Assembly (NCBI GenBank): GCA_050575255.1
Contig: JBNZDD010013732.1
Coordinates: 21,505,279 to 21,569,278, forward strand
Length of the DNA stretch: 64,000 nt
Direction: 5' to 3'
DNA from: Harriotta raleighana
Lineage: Eukaryota
The notes beneath the pieces were generated by a model. That model was given only the letters and a program-made list of their open reading frames with translations, ran no database searches and had not been told where the DNA came from. How positions within the stretch are numbered: the stretch's first letter is position 1; each line of letters starts with the position of its first letter. The translations under genes and the position numbers were made by a program. Of the stretch, positions 58,271 to 64,000 are shown piece by piece.

Positions 58271-59744
58271 TATATGAAGCAACTTCTTTGTGCAATGTGG
58301 ATTTTCTGCAATTTCTCAGTTTTATTTGCTCTGGTTATTTTTACCAGTATGAATGAGGCACAAGGAATACTACCTCCTCACTCATACACCATACAATACT
58401 ACTTGCACACTAGGTATCTACCAAAATGTATAAACACACTGGCCGTTCATAGGTTTTTATTGGGGTGTAAATCGTAGAATCATACAATGTTTCCAGCATG
58501 GAAAGGATTTTAAATATCTGAATTCAGATTCATGCCAATTCATGGGTATTCCATTCTAACATCTTCATCTTCTGAGAGGAATTCCCATGGGTCGGAATGC
58601 TGGACTGTAATTCAGGTTAACTGAAGGAGTTCCCATTCTGTTTTCAAACTAACGAATGCAGTTAGAAATTGCTACAATTTCTCTTTTTTTCTTCTGATGA
58701 TTCCCATTTTATATCCTTTTGTTGCTGACAGAGTGATCAGTGGAAATGCATATTGCTCTGAAAAGGGACCCAGGTTACCCAGTGTGTATAGACCAGTGTT
58801 GGGCATAAAATCTATTTACCAGCATGTAAGTAAATGTAAGACAATTTTCAACGGGCATCTAGATAAGGTGCTTTGTTAACTATGCAACCAGAAAGTCGCT
58901 GATTTGAAGTTAATGCAACAAATCGAGGTTATGATCATAAAAGCAGTGTGAATATCTTTTTATAAGGGCAAGTAAATCTGACAGATGATTTCCTCAAATG
59001 AAGCCCTCTATGGCTGGCAGAAATCAGCATGAGGAGCACAGATTATACAAACAGCCTATTTTCGCTGCTGATTGAATTAGAACAATCCCTGTCTAAAGAC
59101 ACAAAATGTCTGAGCATTAATAAGCGGTGCATGATTGCCTAACCATACAGTCAAGGAATGGAGACAGATTATGGTTCTATTTTTATGTAATTCCAACAAG
59201 TACCCAAAGTACTAGTAATGTTCAAATCTAAAATGAACTATGCAATAATCAATACCATTTATAGTTTTAACATCAATCAGAGAATAAAATACCTATCTTC
59301 AGTGACTGATGTTCTTGCAAATAGCCCAGTAATCATTCATAGGTTTTATCCAAGAAGTCAATCAAAACATGTCTTCCATGTCTTGAGCTCTGTGCAGCTC
59401 TAGAATTCCCTTCTCAATAAAAAAAAAGTGGGATGAAGATAGCTCAACACATAGATATTAATACCATATTCAACCCAAAGATTGCAGGAACCTGCTTGAA
59501 GATGCTGAACATAAATGTTTATCACAGCAACTTTTGGCTGGGCAATAAATTCCATTCGTCTTACGATTAGCAAATTTGATTTATAGCTTTGTGCAGTCAC
59601 TGCAAATAATCAATTAGATTGAACAGCAAACTGCTAGAAAAGTCAATTCCCTCAAATGTTGTTACAGTGAATGACTGAACTTGGGTGTGAACAATGCTTT
59701 ATCAGAATGGGATAAGAAAAAGCACTCCATGAGTAATTAATAGT

Positions 59745-59960
59745 ACTTACTATCAAATGTAGTGACTGTTTTATAGGGAAATACATTTACCCAAGAAGGT
59801 AAACAAATTACCTGAAGTGAATGATCAATTAATCAGGATAGTTGGCCCAAACACTCTGAGGGAAAGTCCCCTCCCTTTTTGAACATTGCAATAGGATGTT
59901 TTAACATCCACCTGAAAACAGGCAGATGGGATTTTAGTTTTGTCTCATTAAAACAACACT
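59745..59960 (-). mobile_element. Old Deu-SINE, highly diverged
   Basis: GTAGTGACTGTT...GTTGGCCCAAACAC...TTTAACATCCACCTGAAAACAGGCAGATGGGATTTTAGTTT. Confidence 0.55.
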
Positions 59961-60321
59961 AGACTACTCATCAAGTCATACCTTGTGTTCTAATGCAGAG
60001 AATTAATAAGTATATTTTTGGACCTCTGTTGAAAAGTGAATAATGTATTATTATGTCATAAATAAACATTGGATTAATTTAACAAGTAATTGATACAACA
60101 ATTGCTTTATGGCTTTTGAACCATCCCTGCTTCAATATTGAATAATACTGTATATAAAACATTTTCTAAGAAAAAAAGTTTACTCAAATTTATTTAAAGG
60201 ATTTTCGAGATACCAATGAAAAAAGAGCATCAAGAACATAGAGGGAAATCATTGAAGATACTTACCAGAACATTATTAAAATAATAATATAATATAATAA
60301 TGTACTTTGTACAGTACAGTA

Positions 60322-60545
60322 TTTGGTATAGCACTTTATTATGTTGACAAAATGTCTCAAAGCGCTTCACAGGATTTTAAAGTGTGGAGACTGTATAATT
60401 TGGAGGCAACTTCAGCAACTAATATCTACAAACTACCAAAAAGCAAATGACCAATTTTATCAGGGGGATTGTTGGATCAGGATACCAGGAGAAACTCCCT
60501 TCACTTTTCAAATAGTGGCATGAACAGGCAGATGGGACAGTGATC
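60322..60545 (-). mobile_element. Older Deu-SINE
   Basis: GTCTCAAAGCGCTTCACAG...GATTGTTGGATCAGGATACCAGGAGAAACTCCCT...ACAGGCAGATGGGAC; similar to 2705-3068. Confidence 0.7.
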
Positions 60546-61560
60546 TCAATTGATAAGTGGATGTATCAGGTGCTTATGCAGGGATAGTCTGTGCAAACAT
60601 TTAAGTTGTGTTAATAGATTGAATTGAAGAAAATTGCCCGAATTAGCAACAGAAAATACAATTCTCAAAAAAGCAAATGGAAATGCATAACAGTGAGGAA
60701 CCAAAGATGAGCATCTATGTGGGAAACAAATAAAAACGCAGAAAATTGAATTGCACAGCTATATTATTAGATATTGTGGAACCTGAATTATCTGCTACCT
60801 GTTTAACATGTGGTTTATCCATCATCAATTTTATCTTGCACACAAAGTGTGTCGAAAATATATAATGTTTGGAACACCAACGACAGTCTCTTGGCAATTT
60901 TAAACTTCTCAGGTGCTTGTTAACAGCAATACTAAACCTACCTGACCAGGAGTGGTGAATGAATAACTCTCTTCTAGGATATCCTGATGCACAGAACCCA
61001 TGGGGGGAAGCTGTCACACAGACTCACTCCCCTCTCAATTCCACCAGAACCCATTCCAAGCAACAAAGCTGCTTTTTGCTGCAAAGTGCAAAGATCTGTA
61101 AAGTTGATAGATTGATTTCCGGGTTCTCGATTATCTGCCAATGTCAATTATCCACCAGGAAATATCACCATTACAGCAGATAATTAAGGCCGCACTGTGT
61201 TGTAAGATAAGGTCATTTGTTATTCCATGGAACCTAATCAGTCATTTTCTCTCCCCTTGATTGGAAGGCTGATATGTAAATGTAGATATGCATGGTATTG
61301 AAGTTTTAAAAAAATTAGGACCATATGACAATTAAAACAAACATTAAATAGCTGCAGTAATAATTCAGTGAATTCCTGAGAAAACAATAGTTTCAAGTGA
61401 AAAATGCTAGGTCTAATACCATCACTTGAACCACTAAAGCAGAACTAATGGAATACAAATGAAAGCGCGCATGAGAAAAACACACAACTTACAAAGTGCT
61501 GGAATAAACCTGTGTGGGGATCAAACCTGTTTCAAAGCAGAACATGTCCTTCTGCAACTT

Positions 61561-61773
61561 GTAATAATAATCCGTCAAAAAACAATAAGAAATTGGTCAT
61601 TTCAATTCACGATAGTTTGTGAGGCACTACAGTGCGCAATTGGCTGCTGTATTTTGTCCACATACTGTGTATACAGTCAATTCACTTTGCAGTATAATCT
61701 GTGAAGCCCTTTAGGATGTCTAGAAGACATGAAAAGCACTCTATCAAATGCAAGGATTATTAATATTATTATT
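61561..61773 (+). mobile_element. Young SINE, 5'-truncated
   Basis: AATAATCC..AATTGGTCATTTCAAT..GTGCGCAATTGGCTGC..GAAAAGCACTCTATCAAATGCAAGG(ATT)n. Confidence 0.88.
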
Positions 61774-61894
61774 GTTCCCAAATAGAATTGACCAGATAAC
61801 CAGACAGCAAAACTTTTTTTAGTTTCAATCTCTCCGGCACATTTGACATTGCCAACCACTCTATTCTTCGCCACCACCTCTCCTTTCAGCTCCA

Positions 61895-61972
61895 CCTACA
61901 TGTTTCAGTGCTTTGGGATGTCCTCCCGATGTGAACGGCGCTCTAAAAATGTAATTTTGCTGTTGTTGTTAT
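61895..61972 (+). mobile_element. L2 3' tail
   Basis: CAGTGCTTTGGGATGTCCTCCCGATGTGAACGGCGCTCTAAAAATGTAATTT(TGY)n. Confidence 0.85.
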
Positions 61973-62059
61973 GTCCTCATCTTATTTTGTTCTTACCTTT
62001 CCCATTGTCTCCACTTTGCATCCACCAATGACTTCTCCTCCAGTCTCGCACCAGTATAT

Positions 62060-62812
62060 GCAACGTTCTTCAGGGCTGTGTCCTTGTCTCTCCTTTTTAA
62101 TACTTACACGCTTCCGCTCAGCAATATCATTTGGAGTCCTGTAGCTTAACGGTTAAGAGTACTCGCCTTGCAAGCGAGAAACCTGGGTTTGAATCCAGGC
62201 AGGGTGAAATATTGGGCAAATTTCCTTACTCCATACACTTGATAATAATCCCTCAAGAGAGAAAAAAAAATTGGTCACTTCAATCTATGACTGTTTGTGG
62301 GACACTGCTGTGCACAATTGGCTACCACTTTTAGCCCAAATATATACAGTCAATTCACTTTGCAGTATATTCTGTGAAGCGCTTTGAGACATCTAGAAAC
62401 GTGAAAAGCACTATATCAACTGCAGGGATTATTATTATCATTATTATCTGCAGGTATGCGATTAACTTCAACATGTATGTGGATGCCACCCAACTCTATC
62501 TCCCTGCTTCCACACTCAACTCCAAGACCACTGCTGTCCTGATGGATTGTCTGTTAGACATCAAGTTCTGGATGAGAGTCAGTCTTCTCCAGTTGAATGT
62601 CGACAAGTCCGAGGCCCTCCTGCTTGGTTCCCGTCAGTGCCTCCTCAAGTCAGGCGCTGACAGCATCACCATTCATGGTTGCACTTTACACCTCACCAAG
62701 TCAGTACAGAACTTTGGTGTCTTGTTCGACCTTCAACTGTCTTTTAAACCCCACATTTGTGCTGTGATCTGTTCTGCTTTTCCCCCACCTCCACAACATC
62801 GCCCGCCTCCAC
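62060..62812 (+). mobile_element. Decayed L2 ORF2 (RT) fragment interrupted by a SINE
   Basis: QG.VL..FNTYTLPLSNII before the SINE, then CRYAINFNMYVDATQLY..LLDIKFWM..LQLNVDKSEALL..VQNFGVLFDLQLSFKPHI; homologous to 31890-32825. Confidence 0.9.
62133..62447 (+). mobile_element. Full-length young tRNA-derived SINE nested in L2
   Basis: GGAGTCCTGTAGCTTAACGGTTAAGAG (A box), anticodon-like arm CTCGC-CTTGCAA-GCGAG, GGGTTTGAATCC (B box), core, tail and (ATT)n. Confidence 0.93.
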
Positions 62813-63614
62813 AAACTACCTTTAGCTATTGTTTTTTCCTTAAAAACCTCATAATTTTTCATATCCCAATGTTTTTTTCATCCAATCAAAAAGGACAGGC
62901 AAACAGAATTCTGAAGCAGTTTATCGCCAACAGTTGCCTTAAAGAATTAGGAGAGGAATCAGATGGAAAGTTGGCCATAGCCATATTTCTCACAAACTTT
63001 TGTCATCCAGGTTGAGGGGTGCAGCAAAGAGGTTTGGACTGAGAACAGTTCTTCACATGAACCATGTAAGAACTTTAAACAGGAACAATTTCTGAATCAA
63101 TTCACTGAGTTATTTTGCAACAGTGTGAAATATAAGTATTGCTGAAACCATCTACTCCATCTGGTCTGGACAGCTTGGATTGAGCAGCTGAATCCTGATT
63201 GATGCCATACTTTTGGTGGCAAAGTGCCATTAAAAGTGCAACATATACAGGGCAACAGTTGTTTTCTACAGCAAAGGACCTGACACCCTTTGAGTCTACA
63301 TGGACCGCTGTCCAATTACACAGAGCACTTTCTATCTTAGCCACCAAAGACCTCTAGCACAAATTTGCCCAGTCAAGTTAATGCTTAATGGCAGCAGGCA
63401 AAGACTCACCTAGCCTCAAGGAAGTATTTTCTTCAAACCTAGGAGACGTGAAGCAGACCCCCAGTTAACCAGCAGAATTAGAAATATCTATACTATACTT
63501 ATGCTAATGTTTCCAGTTTGGGATGTATTGAAGGAAATGTTATAATACATTTTCCTCCTCTCAAAATTATTTCACCGCACGCTAGTCTTTCTGAAGGCAA
63601 TAATTTATGCCGAG

Positions 63615-63955
63615 TTATGGTTTCCAGTGTGAGGACCGCCCTCTGGTACTTACACTGAAGCGACCTTTTCTCATATATAAATCTAAGCATTAAATATTTC
63701 AGGCTTGTTGACTCCAAAGCTATCACAGCTGAGCCTTTTCACACCTTCTCACACAGGTCAATGAATAGCAATGAGACACTGGGGAGCTTAGCTACATTTG
63801 ATCGTCCCTTGCCCAAGAATGAGGTATCAACTCACGTTTCTCCTGGTTGATATCAGCTAACTCCAGAAATCAGCACAGATAAAGAACTTAACCTGAGATC
63901 CATTTGGTTGGCACGGCTTGTCAACAGTGTCATTGAACACTCAAACATACATTTG
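63615..63955 (-). mobile_element. Ancient tRNA-SINE, long but diverged (AmnSINE2/UCON3-like)
   Basis: + strand CCGCCCTCTGGTAC..., ATCACAGCTGAGCC, GATATCAGCTAACTC...CAGCACAGA; the 5' part matches 45120-45275 in reverse. Family name is from recollection. Confidence 0.5.
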
Positions 63956-64000
63956 CCTCCTGATGCATCTGGAAATTAGGGTAGGCAACAGATAAAAAGT

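Noticed and set aside
62133-62206. tRNA-Ala/Val gene (also the heads near 343, 3359, 10815, 33049, 56728)
   Set aside because: tRNA-like heads continue into SINE body and tail, lack a good acceptor stem, and the anticodon varies among copies.
62374-63015. 213-aa ORF as a host gene
   Set aside because: It is a SINE tail fused to a decayed L2 RT fragment with a broken YADD motif, then frameshifted and flanking sequence.
1-64000. Window-wide enrichment of TGATNNATKR Pbx-Hox motifs
   Set aside because: The roughly ten instances I noted do not exceed the chance expectation for this base composition; only specific composite sites are reported.

Overview
AT-rich (roughly 60% A+T by eye), largely non-coding vertebrate DNA. 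The repeats point to a cartilaginous fish, most like a chimaera/elephant shark (inference): a young tRNA-headed SINE with Deu-like core, L2-type tail and (TAT)n end, L2 LINEs with (TGT)n tails, and shark-type CR1 3' ends. I recognise no protein-coding gene; the ORFs are chance, low-complexity or LINE-derived. The window alternates between repeat-dense stretches and several 2-8 kb repeat-poor blocks that look like conserved non-coding (enhancer) clusters, some with paired Pbx-Hox and Meis motifs. This suggests a gene desert or large intron near a developmental regulator. Clear structural features are an 882-bp TA-flanked Tc1/mariner (Tigger/pogo-like) non-autonomous transposon, an L2 nested antisense in another L2 with a 7-bp target duplication, a SINE nested in an L2, older SINE layers and decayed palindromes. 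Four N blocks, three of them exactly 132 nt, all lie in the repeat-poor blocks. I cannot support a new multi-gene system from this sequence alone.
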